Source: Antedon mediterranea (lineage: Eukaryota; Animalia; Echinodermata). From it: a stretch of DNA of 64,000 bases. The translations under genes were made by a program, and so were the position numbers. Location of the stretch: contig NC_092676.1 in NCBI RefSeq assembly GCF_964355755.1, forward strand, positions 10,269,888 to 10,333,887. The letters are read 5' to 3'. Positions within the stretch are counted from its first letter, which is position 1. Every line of letters starts with the position of its first letter. Positions 25,805 through 38,247 of the stretch are shown piece by piece. The notes beneath the pieces are model-generated. The model made no database searches. It was not told where the DNA came from and saw nothing but the letters and a program-made list of their open reading frames with translations.

Positions 25805-26066
25805 CTAACCAGGCATAATCATAGGCACGATCTTTCCAATCCAAATTATCGACACCCCTTCTATGTCTATGCCTTGCTGATGCATTGTTGTCTTCAGATC
25901 CTTCGTCATCTTCAGATCCTTCGTCGTCTTTTAATTCTTCGTCGTCTTCAGATTCAGGCTCAAAATCTTGTTCTAAAATATCACAATTAAAAGATTCCTC
26001 GTCGCTGTCGCTATCATCGATAAAAGACAAGTCAGCCACCTCTTTAGATTTATTATAGCTGGCCAT
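25805..26066 (-). CDS. piggyBac-type transposase, predicted exon 1 (acidic N-terminal region)
   Basis: ATG start and a D/E/S-rich segment typical of piggyBac N-termini, ending DYAWL-G|GTAAAT. The phase-1 donor matches the phase-1 acceptor AG|GA GAA TTT, giving WLGEFTERAGP; 262+1514=1776 nt, i.e. 591 aa. Confidence 0.75.
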
Positions 26067-29000
26067 TACACAGAAGTTTTAACCAAAATTTAAAAAAAAA
26101 TTTAATAAAAATATTCAAATGTAACCAAAATTGTTTGACTTGGATTTTCAAACAAATTGTAATACTCTTTATAAAAAAAACTATCAAATTCTCAGAAAAT
26201 CCGAAGAAGTCAATGGAAATTTTTTATGAAACACTTCAAGGTACTGTATGCTTGGCAGAAAAAATCGCCCAAGGCTTTTGAATATAAAATCAGTTTTGCA
26301 AGAATTGAGATGTGTTTCTTCAGTGATAGATCATTGAAGAATGCTGAATTGTTCAGTGATTTCAATTACCCGCCCATTGTGGGCTGTACCATTGCTAAAG
26401 TGTGGGGCAATGTTAGGTGTTGGCTTGTCTTTTAATCAATATTTACAATAGAATGACTATACATTTGTTACTTCCTATTTAAATATGCCTTTGAATTCTT
26501 TGGAATTTTAATTCAGTAGGGTGTTGCAGTAGAGTTAACATCTTTCTTATTTTTGATCAAATTAAACAATAGTACAGATTTACAAAAATTAAATTTCCAA
26601 TACTCTTTGCATTTATATAATTTTAAATTCAAATGATTAATCAAATTAAAATTTACTGCAAACACCCTACTGAATTAAATTCAGGTATATGTTAGGAATT
26701 AGTAATTTAGTAATGTTATTGTATGTACAGAGATTGATTAAAAAAACACCCCCAACTATTACAATGGTACAATCCATAATGGGTGGGTAATTGTCCTGGT
26801 GGTTAGTGTCTGGGTGATTATTGTCCTACATTCTTCTATTATAGCATGTTTACTAGGGTGCAAGGTTCAAGAATATTTGAGATAAGATCATTAATCAATA
26901 GTAACAGTTGTTAGTACAAGTTTCTTTAGGTTCAAGGTAATGGAAATAACAGTTTGTGCTGGCTGTATTCCCTACCTCCTTTCTCATATATAGCATGTGT
27001 GATCCTACTGTAGCAGCAAATATATTATTCTTCTTCTAATGTTACCAATTCATCATCTTTCAGAAACCACTATACTGTTAATGTATTGAACAATTCCTAA
27101 CTGAGCAACCATTGATGACCATCAATACAATAATAATAGTTACAACGGGACACAGTTAATAGGTGTTTTGCATTGAATTTTGTATATGTAAATTGTAATG
27201 AATGTACAGAAATACTAATGTTTTTCCAAGTATGCAAACTGTAAATGAGTTAGAAAGGGAATGAAAAATAATATATCTCTAATTTTTATATGATGTAGAG
27301 TAGGGGATAAATTTCACAAAATTCATATCAGGTGTACCACAAAGTCAATCCAAGGTCAAAGTGAATTGAATAGCTTACACATGTGATATTTATATCACTT
27401 GAAACCCTCTTAGTACTGAATTCCCAATAGGGAGGCCATTTCTTTACAGAACAGCATTTTGTATTACCCCAGGGAGTTGAAATTGTTCCAAGTAATTTTA
27501 TCATAAAGGTATAAAAATATGTTTCTAAACACAAATATTCCTTATTAAATTTCCTGCAAGATGTATAATTTATATTTTTATGATTTATTTTTATTTATGA
27601 AATCTGTAAATAAAAAAATTCAAATTTCCAAATAAAATTTTGTCAATTCAGTATTTGTGAAAATCTAAATTTTGAAAATTCCATCTTAAGGTATGTCTGA
27701 TTTCCCTTGTGTGATAACAACTCATACTATAGAAGTTATTATCCAGTAACCTTTAGTTATAGTCCTTACAGGTTACACATGGTACCATGTGGCCTAGAAA
27801 AAAAGCCACAGACAAATTGTTAACAGTAATTTTGTCTAAATTTTTGAAAAAGGCTAACTTATCAAACTACTTGGAATATTGTTGGCCAATCAGGAGTCAG
27901 GGTAGGTTAGTTAAGATAATGTTTTATTTTTTAAGGATAGTTTTAGTTGGAAGGAAGGTGAACAGACACAGGTCAGCAAGAGGGCCTGTTCATTAACAGT
28001 GGGACAGCCAGTCGACAAATCGTGTCAAATTTCGACTCGGAGAGGGCGCCCTACTTTTCTAATTTAGTTCAAAATTGCTAAATTTTAGGGTGTTGGAAAA
28101 ACACAATATTTGTAAATTTAGCTGATTATCGGAAAAATATTGTTAGTGAAATAAATTCATAAATGGTTTTAATATATTGTCATGTAAAATTAAATGTATT
28201 TGAACAAAACGATAATCTGTAATTTAACGGCAAAATCAACCAATGTCTTTTTTCCGAAATTGTACCCTAGAAAATCATTAAAATAAAATATTTAGAAAAA
28301 TTGAACAGTCCTGAATTTAAAATCCCTGTTAGAAAAATTAATAATCTACAGAATACGATATTAAGATACAAAATTCGGTGGTTGGGATGCAGCTCCGACT
28401 ATTCAAACTAAAGGTACCACTATTTGCTCCATCGAAAACTAGCGAAACCGCCATTTTGTAAACACATCGTCATCGTGTTTATGAATTTATTTATAGCGAA
28501 CGATATACGCGATGTTTATAATTGTCCGCGTATAAGAATTCATATAAATAATACATTCCAATACAACGTATATTATTACTTGTTTATTTATCACAGTATA
28601 CATTTTAGTTGAGGAATATTTATCATAACTATTATAATAGCTTTTATACGAGTCCGAGGCCTAGCCCTATTAGCGAGTGATTGTTCCAGGGGCGGAAAGT
28701 CACTTAGTGACGTTGTGATCGGGCGCGTCGGGCCTAGCTAATATTAATAATATGACCTGAAATAAGCGGCTAACAAGAACTGTTATATACTTGCTTACAA
28801 TTTTTTTGTTATTGATGAACAAACAAGCAATTAGATTGAATAACAAATTATTTATTCATTTTTTTTGGGTAAAAACATGTACAAACTAGTAGTACTGTAT
28901 AATCATGGAGTATAATATAAATTAATAGTAATATTAAACTAATACAGTATTAATAAAATATAAAATAGGCTATACAATAAATATTCAATTTTTAAGGTCT

Positions 29001-29299
29001 ACCACATGACAATAACATAATTTACAGAGTATAGTGTAGTAGGTTTGCATTCAACATAAATATTTGTATTGTAATTCATCTAAATCCTCTGCAACATACA
29101 TATATATATATTTGTAATTCAACATTTTGTTTTAAATAATTAAATTATAGTTTGAGTATGACAATGTCGGTAGGTACACTACCGGTGTCATCTTTTTATC
29201 CACTTCACTCTCAGTTTGAAGTCACAAAGACAAAGAACTCTGCATCATCAACGATTCCTGAAAGTGTCAGAAAAAATAATAAATGTCTGGTTGTATATA

Positions 29300-31453
29300 C
29301 AGGCCCGCATGCAGCATTTATAATGGGGGGGGGGGGGGTGCGAGCGAAGCGAGCAACAATGGCTGGGGGCCGGCAAGGGCCCCGGTCAGGGTCCAGGGGC
29401 CGAAGGCCCTGGAAAAATTGGCGTTATTTGACGTTCTAAAGACTGATGTAAGACTCTCTGTTGTGGCTTGGGCTAGTTGAACGATGAACACCAGAACTTA
29501 ACGCTTTCATGATGAGGCCAACTCAGCAGGGGTGGCGCCAGGATCTTCCCGACGCGGGGGGTACATTCCCCGACGAGGGGGCTATGCGAGCGAAGCGAGC
29601 ATCACTAGGCTGAGGGCCAGGGGCCGCCAAGGGCTCCCGGTAGGGGTCCAGGGGGCGAAGCCCCCGGAAGCAACGCGTTCTAGCGTCATTTGAGGTCTTT
29701 TTAATCAGATTTAGGGTAGCCATTTTTTCCATTTTTTATAATGCATAAATAAAATACTGCGTGCAAAAAAACGATGCGCGATGACTGTTTCAATCCATAT
29801 TTTTCAATTTAAAAAATAAAAGTTCAAAGAAAATTTAGAAAAATAGAGTTGGAGGTCCCGGAAATTGGACTTATTATACCTCAAAACATGAAAAAAAATA
29901 TATAAGTCCCTATCATGGGTTGTGACTGAGCTAAGAAATGTTTGAAAAATAGAGATGTTAGGTCCCGGAAAATGTACTTCTTGTTCTTCGAAATATGACC
30001 AGCTTTATTGTTGGGGCTGAGCTAAGATTAATGTTTAAAACTAGAGCTGCAGGTCTTCAAAAAATTGCATTTTATACTTTGGAAACATCAGGCCTAGAGG
30101 CTTAAAAAACGCAAGCGTAGACCTTTTTCAGTCGGGGAAAAAAGTTTATTCCTCCCAGGTGTATGCATGGGTACCATCTGGACTTCCGAGTGGTGAGAAA
30201 TTCATGACATACAGGATATTGAAAATGTAATAACTATAGCTATAATGTTGGCTAAGCGAAAATGGCATGTTTTTTTGTTTAGTAATGGATGAAAAATTTA
30301 TTTTAGATGCCCCACGGTACAGAAGGTTACTTGTAAATTAAAAAATTGGTGAACAAACGAACAATTAACATAATTCGTTTTTGCTGTAGTGTAGCGTACG
30401 TCGACGCAGTACACGACGTAACCGTCGGTAAACTTCGCCTGGAAAATAACACATTACACATTTTGGTCCCTGGATGAAACTTGATATCACGCGCCTCGAC
30501 CCAACGTTGAACGATTCGTACAAAGGGATACCGCCAGACAAGTGCGTACCTAGCTATTGTTTAGTAGTATGTTAGATCGCTGGCAATAATGAATGCATAT
30601 AAAGTGCATAATATCACTCTGACGTACTCTCACGGTCAATGAAACGTCGCGGTTTTCTAGGCGCTGAAGCTAGCTACGAAGTGAACGCGAACGCTTTTTA
30701 CTGTATATTATATTCCCCGACAAAAAGTACACGTGTTCCCTTCGGTAACCGTCGGTAAACTTCGTCTGGAAAATAACTACATTACACATTTTGGTCCCTG
30801 GATGAAACTTGATATCACGCGTCTCGACCCAACGTTGAACGATTCGTACAAAGGGATACCGCCAGACAAGTGCGTACCTAGCTAATGTTTAGTAGTAAGT
30901 TAGATCGCTGGCAATAATGAATGCATAAAAGTGCATATTAGCCCTCTGACGTACTCTCACGGTCAATGGAATGTCGTGGTTTTCTAGGCGCTGAAGCTAT
31001 ATGAAGTGAACGCGAACGGGGCTAGGCTCCCCGACGACGCTGTCTGAGTTGGCCTTCCCTTGTTTAGGCGCCGTATTCGATAGTGTCTGTATTTCCAGAC
31101 ACGTCTTTACCGCCGGTTAAGTTGTCTGTATTTCTCCAGCAAACACTTTACCGCGTACATGAAGCGCTAAGCTATTGCTTGTCGTCACATGATCGACTGC
31201 GCATGTTTTACATCGAGTTTGTAGTCCGTTCAGATTCCGTAATTTAATTACCGGTATTTTTTCATTTTATATTAGCATATTTTTGTTTGTATACCATTGA
31301 TAATGTAAATTTTGTATATATATAATGATATTGTCTTTAGTTAAACAAGACGAGAAAAAATACCAACCGAGGAAATAGTGGACCTTTTGGGACTTGGGGG
31401 GGGTGCGTCTGCACCCAACGCACCCCCCCCCCCCCCCCCTGGATACGGGCCTG
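29300..31453. mobile_element. hAT-like GC-rich-ended non-autonomous element; a second hAT-like left end (CAGGGGTGGCGCCAG) lies at about 29528
   Basis: CAGGCCCGCATGCAG ... CTGGATACGGGCCTG; TSD imperfect (GTATATA/ATATATA). Confidence 0.65.
30418..31017. repeat. Tandem duplication, about 275 bp x2 (period about 327 bp)
   Basis: GTAACCGTCGGTAAACTTCG...GAAGTGAACGCGAACG at about 30418 and 30745, nearly identical. Confidence 0.9.
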
Positions 31454-32748
31454 ATATATAATTATGACATAAAAGTAAGGCAAATGGAAGCTGTATTTTA
31501 TTAATTAAATTACAGTATTTACTAGTATTATTATTTATATAATCTAGGCCTACTAGTAGCCTAGCTAGGCATCAGTCTATTGAGCCTAATAAATCAAATA
31601 ATAAATGAAAAATAAAATAATAATATTAATACTGATTGAAAAAAAGTATTTTTTTGGGGGGATCAGATCACCAGGCTAGGCCGGCCAGGACCAATGATAC
31701 TCGTAATCAGTACAACTTAACGACTATCGGATCAGCATCAACACAGTACAACACACATCTCGCTATCGCCTATATTGACACACGTGTCTCGCGTTGCCGA
31801 AACCACGCTCACAGCTAGAAAATTTACCTACCTTTCGAGGCCTGAGAATACACCAACAAATTTTGAACAGGATAGAAATATATCATACTCGATTAAACTA
31901 ATATTATTCTTGATAAAACAATTGATTATAATTTTTTTAATTTGTTGGGATGCACCTCCGACTATTCAGAAAATGGACAACAAAACAGTAGTCAAATCGT
32001 ACCATATTTATAAATTTCACGAGTCCCGACTTCAGTCGCCGAATGTATTGTATTAGCTTCGGTTTCTTTGAAGGAAACCGATTGGTTATTCAATTATACT
32101 TATTAGGAAATGCTTTTACCATAATAGGTAATGTTGGGCGGTTCTTAAATATTCATGAGAGCTTAAAATAAAACAGCACTTATTTGCTAGGCGACGAAAA
32201 ATCGTGGTTTCAGTTTTCAACGATAGGTGGCGCTTCAAAATCGTCAATGCGGAAGTAAGTCGATTTTACACGATTTAACGGTCAAAACGCGAAGTGGCTT
32301 TCCCACTGTTAAAGGAATATACTTTTTCATTTCATTTCATTATTTATTTGGTCTATTTGAGTACGGTATATACATAACAAAAAAACTGAAATTGGGGAGA
32401 CCAGGGTCAACCTAAGTGAACTTAATCACTGTAACTAAGCTGGTTGACCCAACCCCAAAGTCAGTTTCCACATAAAAGACAAAGACAAAATAAAGTTACA
32501 GCGAAACAAAATGAATATGAACTTTTCTAATGAAGGCTGATCGGCTTTCTAGGACTGCAGCATCTGTCAACAGTCTTGGAAGCTGGTCCCAGACACACCT
32601 GATTGCTAATAGAATGGAAAAAAGCTCAGGTACAGGCATGAATTTTAAATAAAAATAATGATGAAAAAACATGAATTTCCCTTAATATGGTCAAATACAA
32701 CATTTGGCAAAATTCTGCCATAAAAACCAGGAAGACTTTTTTTCAGTA

Positions 32749-33388
32749 CCGTACTGACGCGGGTATAAGCCCACCCCCCTTGAACATAAAATCACGTCAA
32801 GTTTGGGGGGTGGGCTTATACCCGAGGATCCAAAAATCCAGATCATCAAAAACAGCACATGTACACTGTGTATTCCACCATGCGAGCGAGCGCCCTCACG
32901 TGTACGACGTTGCCTCTAAATACACGAGGTGTAGTGTCGGAAATTAAGCTTATAGGCTAGGGCCTAGTTCGTGTAATTTATCGTAGAATATCTTATTTTA
33001 AACATCAATTGAACAAGAATTTATCAAGCAGAATGCTTTAAAAGCAAGTATACAATGTTTGTTAAATAGAAATGTACCAAAGAAATTTAATAAGCTTGTT
33101 TATGGCAGCCGATACCAAATAGTGGTTTTCCGTTTTGGCGACTTGTAGCGTCGTGTCTGAAGCGATCTTCGACCGCAATGGAGTGTAAACAAAACAGGAC
33201 CGCTAGGCCTCATATGGCCTAACGTCGGTGCATGGACGTCGCCAAATACAAAATAATGTATTACGACACTGTAGATCTTCGAATTAATGGGTGGGCTTAT
33301 ACCCGAGTGCCTCATTTCTCATGAAAATTAGTCAAAAGTCGGGGGTGGGCTTATACCCGAGTATGGGCTTATACCCGCGTCAGTACGG
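32749..33388. mobile_element. pogo/Tigger-like MITE with TA TSD
   Basis: TA|CCGTACTGACGCGGGTATAAGCCCA ... TGGGCTTATACCCGCGTCAGTACGG|TA. Confidence 0.92.
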
Positions 33389-33673
33389 TAGTTATGTAGT
33401 TTAACCTAATGTAATAACATGTCTGGTGACTCCCTAATAAAAGGTGAAAAAAGATGGTGGATATACGGTGGATAATTTTTGCTATAGCATGAAAATAAAA
33501 ATCTGAAGTTGAATAAAAATACCAGAAATGTAAAATTCAAGTTATAAAACGTCATAACAGATAAATATTCAAATTTGCTTAACTAATTAACGCTTTCATT
33601 TAAAACTGAAGTGTCACTGATTTGTGGTATGCAAGAGTAAATTTGAGTGGTTAGAGGTAAAACTTGTATTGTA

Positions 33674-33886
33674 CCGTATATTTTGGTGTATAAGTCGCAC
33701 TTTTGACACGCAAATTTGACCTCTAAATTAAGGGTGCGTCTTATACACCGAACATAAATGCCTCACCACACAGATTGTACATATCGTCACCTCGTTTGCT
33801 AGACCTGAGTAGGCTAGGCCTAGCTACAGTATACTAACGTAACGGCAACCTGCTTCTGCCTAGTTTTTATACACCGAAATATACGG
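33674..33886 (-). mobile_element. Internally deleted derivative of the 41622-42483 Tigger-like MITE
   Basis: TA|CCGTATATTTTGGTGTATAAGTCGCAC ... TTATACACCGAAATATACGG|TA; body is the reverse complement of 42270-42483. Confidence 0.9.
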
Positions 33887-36800
33887 TAAGCGTCATTCAC
33901 TAAACCTGTACCTTGAGCTGTCGTAATGAACAAAAGATCAGTGTCGTGCGAGGTGGCTTCCATAATCTTTTCCTAGTCCAGGCCTATGGAGTTGTACGCC
34001 GCGTACAATACAAAAGCATCACTCTGTAGGTCTCAACAGGCTGTAGTGTAATGTAGCCTTAGTATTTGTGACATCTGGCAAAGAATTCACATATTAGTAA
34101 TGGATGTCTTCCAGCTCGATATTTGTGCCAAAATAGATTTTTTACCTAATTTTGTTATTCTTGAGATGCTGAATCCAAAAAAGTTAGGTGCCATTTTTTT
34201 CACCACTCCTTCAGCCGACGTTCTACACTAAAGTTGGTCATCCATGATATCATTGGAAAGGGAATGTAATACTGATCATTTTATTCCATTACACCCATAT
34301 CAATAAACGCATAGTTACATAGTTATTGTGCAATAAAACAAATCACGTGACCATCAATAAAGGTCAACATGCAATTTCACCAAGTACCTGTTTTGTATCA
34401 TTGGAATAGCTTTTTTTTATTCTGAATGTTTCTTTCTACTTTGTCATAATTGTCTATTTATATGTTTTATTACATATATCTTAATACTATTTAAGTATGA
34501 TACAGTAATTGGAAAATTATGACAAAAAAACTAAGGAAAATCGAATAGATATTAGTAAAACTGTATTTAGATGAAAAAAGCTATCCTATGATACCAAACA
34601 GTAAAGTATTTGAGAAAATTAAATGTTGACCTTTTGACCTTTATTGGTCACTTGACTTGTTTATTGTTATTTATAACTATGTAACTACTGTAAAACCTGG
34701 AAAAGAGGTCTTTTTTTAGTGCTCTTGGGTGGGCTTCTTTTTGAGATGGGCTTCTTTTCGAGAGTACTTTTGCAAACTGTAGAGGGGCCTTCTTTTAGAA
34801 TATACCAATTAAAAAACAATATAAAAAGCAAAATAACAGTCCCATGATTCACTGTCAAATACAATCATTTCGTTATCATCGTCGTCATCATCCACAATGG
34901 AATATTCAAGAGTGTCGTCTGTCGATGATGGCATCTCCACACTCAATTCACCAGGGACAAAAAGTAGTGAGCCCTCTATCGGCAGCGAATCGTTTTTGCA
35001 CACGAGACAGCGTTGACAATTACCCGGAAGCAACTTTGTTTTGAAAAGTAAATCTTAGGTTTTTGCAAACTGGCCAATTGGAACTTTTGGTTTTATTTAC
35101 TAATGAATAATTCATGAAAACCTTTGACGAGGCATCTACGAACCACGTGATATTGTTTTTTAATCGACGAACCCATTATATTTGTGTGAAACAAGGGTGA
35201 ATTACACCGATGTTTTTTAAACAATTTTAGGCTATTCGAATGTTAAAATTTTGTCTAATTTGTTGAGGCTGTAATAAAACAACGCAATTTTTTGAGAAGG
35301 TGGGTTTTATAGTTTCTGAATATTTGATTTTTCAATAGTAGTTAATAAAAAAATCTCGTTGGGGTTATTTTTTATTTTTTTTTAATGGCTGCTTAAACAT
35401 GTGCCTTCTTGGGTATTTCACTATTGAAAATGGAACACATGGTTGTAGCTAAAATCATTTTTTACGCCATAAGATAAAAAATGTGATTTTGTAAATTAAT
35501 AAGGGCAACATATAATATATAGGAAAGCTGTTTTAAATCATAAAACTCTACAAAGCCTCTTTGTTTTATTTATAAATCAATATAGTCTAGGCCTAGTAAT
35601 ACAGTAGGAGAGCCAGGCTTTAGCCTATAATAGTGGGGTAGTGCGTGCATTATTGGCGCGTGTTCATTGTCAGGCGCGCGTTGTTTATAGGCCTAAGAAA
35701 ATAAGAATAAATATACACATATAATTAAATAATGATTATTATTAATTGAATGTTTTGTTTTTTTTACAGACCCCAGAGGATTGTTCTACATACTTCAATA
35801 CAAATAGCATTAAAGCAACAACAATTTCTTATGAGTCATATTAATTTACCTCTGGCATATAATGTCAAAAAGCACTATTAATACTGTAATTATTGATATT
35901 TATAGATGTATTGCCAAAGAGACATTTATTTTTTAAAAACTTTAACTTATCCTAATTTACTTATTTAAAGGTTCAAGTGGCGGTTGGTTGTTGTGCAGTA
36001 GTTTAATAAAGTTTAAATGTACATTTCAAATCGGCAAATAAATAATGGTAATAGGCCTACTACTACAGTAATAGTAAATCTTTTGAAGATTAGGCTTAGT
36101 ACAAAAAATGTTAGCTAAGTTCATGTAGAAAACTTGTTGTCTGATTTTTAAGGTGCAATTTGTGATAATATTAAAAGTTAAAATGTTAATTGGTGTGTAT
36201 TTGTATTTCATTTATTGCTCCATTATTATAATAAAAAGCAGGGAACCGTGAAATTTCATTTTAGCTCCGATAAAAAGTAAACATTTTCAGCATATACTTA
36301 AATCAATCATATGTTAGTGAAAGGTGACATTAACAGATTTATTATGAGATTACTAGTAAGCCTACTAGCTTTAGCTCTATTCATAAAAATATGACATTAT
36401 ATACTGTGTACATTAATTAATTAGCCTAGGCCTAACTAATTGACTGATTTTTCAGTATTTTACCAAGTCAGCCGTTCAGGCATGCAAACAGTCCCCACTT
36501 CACACTAATCTTCATAATTATAAGAAAAATGAAAGTTGAGCACTTTATTTTAAAATTTATATGCCCATATTATAAGATTCTGCATCATCCACTTAACAAG
36601 AACTAGAATTGAGAGCACAGTGATGGAGCGCATTTTCCGTCGTTCTCGTCGCCTAAGGAAACGAGTATTCCAGCCTTGCCGCGTATTCCTAGGCCTACGC
36701 GCACCGCACTTTCGCTCAAAATACACTATCTTCAACTCCTTATAGAATTTGTTTGAAAAATAACCCCAAGCTTATATTTGGAAATCTTTGAAAATGCATA

Positions 36801-37329
36801 TAAGACTATATTATAGCGTTTTCAGAATTTCATTTAAAAATTGCAAATTAATGTTAGCTATTTTAACAAATTAGTTAGTTTTCACTTTTTTGTTTTCGCC
36901 GTATGACTCGCTTTGTTTACGTTTACACTTGGCTTAGACGTTTATCTTAGAATTCAAATAAATTAATCCATAATCAACTAAAATTGCTATTGTTGTGGTT
37001 TTTGTTTAATATAAATGTTCTTTATTAACAGAAATAAATCAAACAACAATATAATTTAATATAAACCCGTTAAAAAGGAAATTTAGACAGCCTATAAAAC
37101 ACGGACGTCAGAACTCGCGTCGCTCGAAATGCTCGTTAACTTTCTATTTATAGCCAATCGAAAAAGGCTCCGGCTAACTTAAACAATGAAAACGGCTCTC
37201 GGAACACTTAATGTCCCATTTTCGCTGTTTGACGTGGATGTGTCTCATATCCAACCAACCCTTCGACGTTTACTTCTTTGTTTTCAGAACCATTAAGGGC
37301 TACATTTCTGAACTCGCACGCCAACGAAC

Positions 37330-37512
37330 GAACAGTTCTTTGAATGTATTGCAGCAATTGCGTCCTTTTTCTTTTTCCACTCTCGCACCAGCTTACAATC
37401 AATACTAAATTCTTTTTGCAGTCTTTGCAACACAATTGCCATTAGTGCTATGCCACTGCAAAACATTAAGCTTATAGTCTCGAGTATACGTCACTTTCCT
37501 CGACTTTACCAT
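37330..37512 (-). pseudogene. pogo-type N-terminal HTH (Brinker-like) remnant
   Basis: MVKSRKVTYTRDYKLNV / NGNCVAKTAK / EFSIDCKLVREWKKKR across frameshifts. Confidence 0.55.
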
Positions 37513-38247
37513 TTTGCAAAAGCAAAGAAAAATAGCAAATACACACACAACGTGTTGTTTACTGTCACGTTTGACAAATTACGCAGTGCAGGCACGTCAC
37601 TATGCGCTTGCGTATGAAAATGGCTACACCGAGTCCTATCCACAAAGTGGCAATTGTTTCATCTAGAATTAAAGGACACCATGGTTTTCAGTACAATTAC
37701 AAAATAAACGAAGAAATGATATGTTAACTGGAACCCGAAAACAAGAAAAGTCTAGCCAGAAATGCAATCAAGGTATGTTCGTTGAATGGTGCAGATGTTG
37801 GACATGTTCTCAGATAATAGCTCTGTTGATGAAAGATAGGACAGTAGTGCAGCTTAAAGCCAAAATAACTGGAATGGAACGAACGGCCCCAGAAGGAAAA
37901 TGGATACTGTTTTTAGGAGGTGTGGAAATTCCCTGCCGATTTTACATATTTGCCAACGAAACAGACAAGAAAAAGATACAAGATTTATTTATTTATTTAT
38001 TTATTTTATTGCTCTATAAACGACTCCGATAAGTACAACCTTACTTTTACTCATTTTGATTTCAGTCCATAGTAAATTCCACATCTTTATTTTCAAGATG
38101 GTCCAATCGTCTCGATTTAAACTTAAACATAATTCCGCCTCCCCTTCTACCATCGTTTCTGTCTTTCCTATGTATGGTGAAACCAGGACAGTATAATTCT
38201 GAGTCTGAAACAAATGAATTGAGCCATGTTTCAGAGAAACAAATGAA

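Larger units (their letters stand above)
27997..32308. mobile_element. TTAA-flanked DNA element with CAGTGGGA(C/A)AGCCA TIRs, unclassified
   Basis: TTAA|CAGTGGGACAGCCA ... TGGCTTTCCCACTG|TTAA; internal direct repeat GTTGGGATGCA.CTCCGACTATTCA at about 28381 and 31943. Confidence 0.72.

Noticed and set aside
27993-28010. Transib/RAG-like CACAGTG end
   Set aside because: The sequence is AACAGTG at both ends, with no 5-bp TSD and no RAG1-like coding remnant
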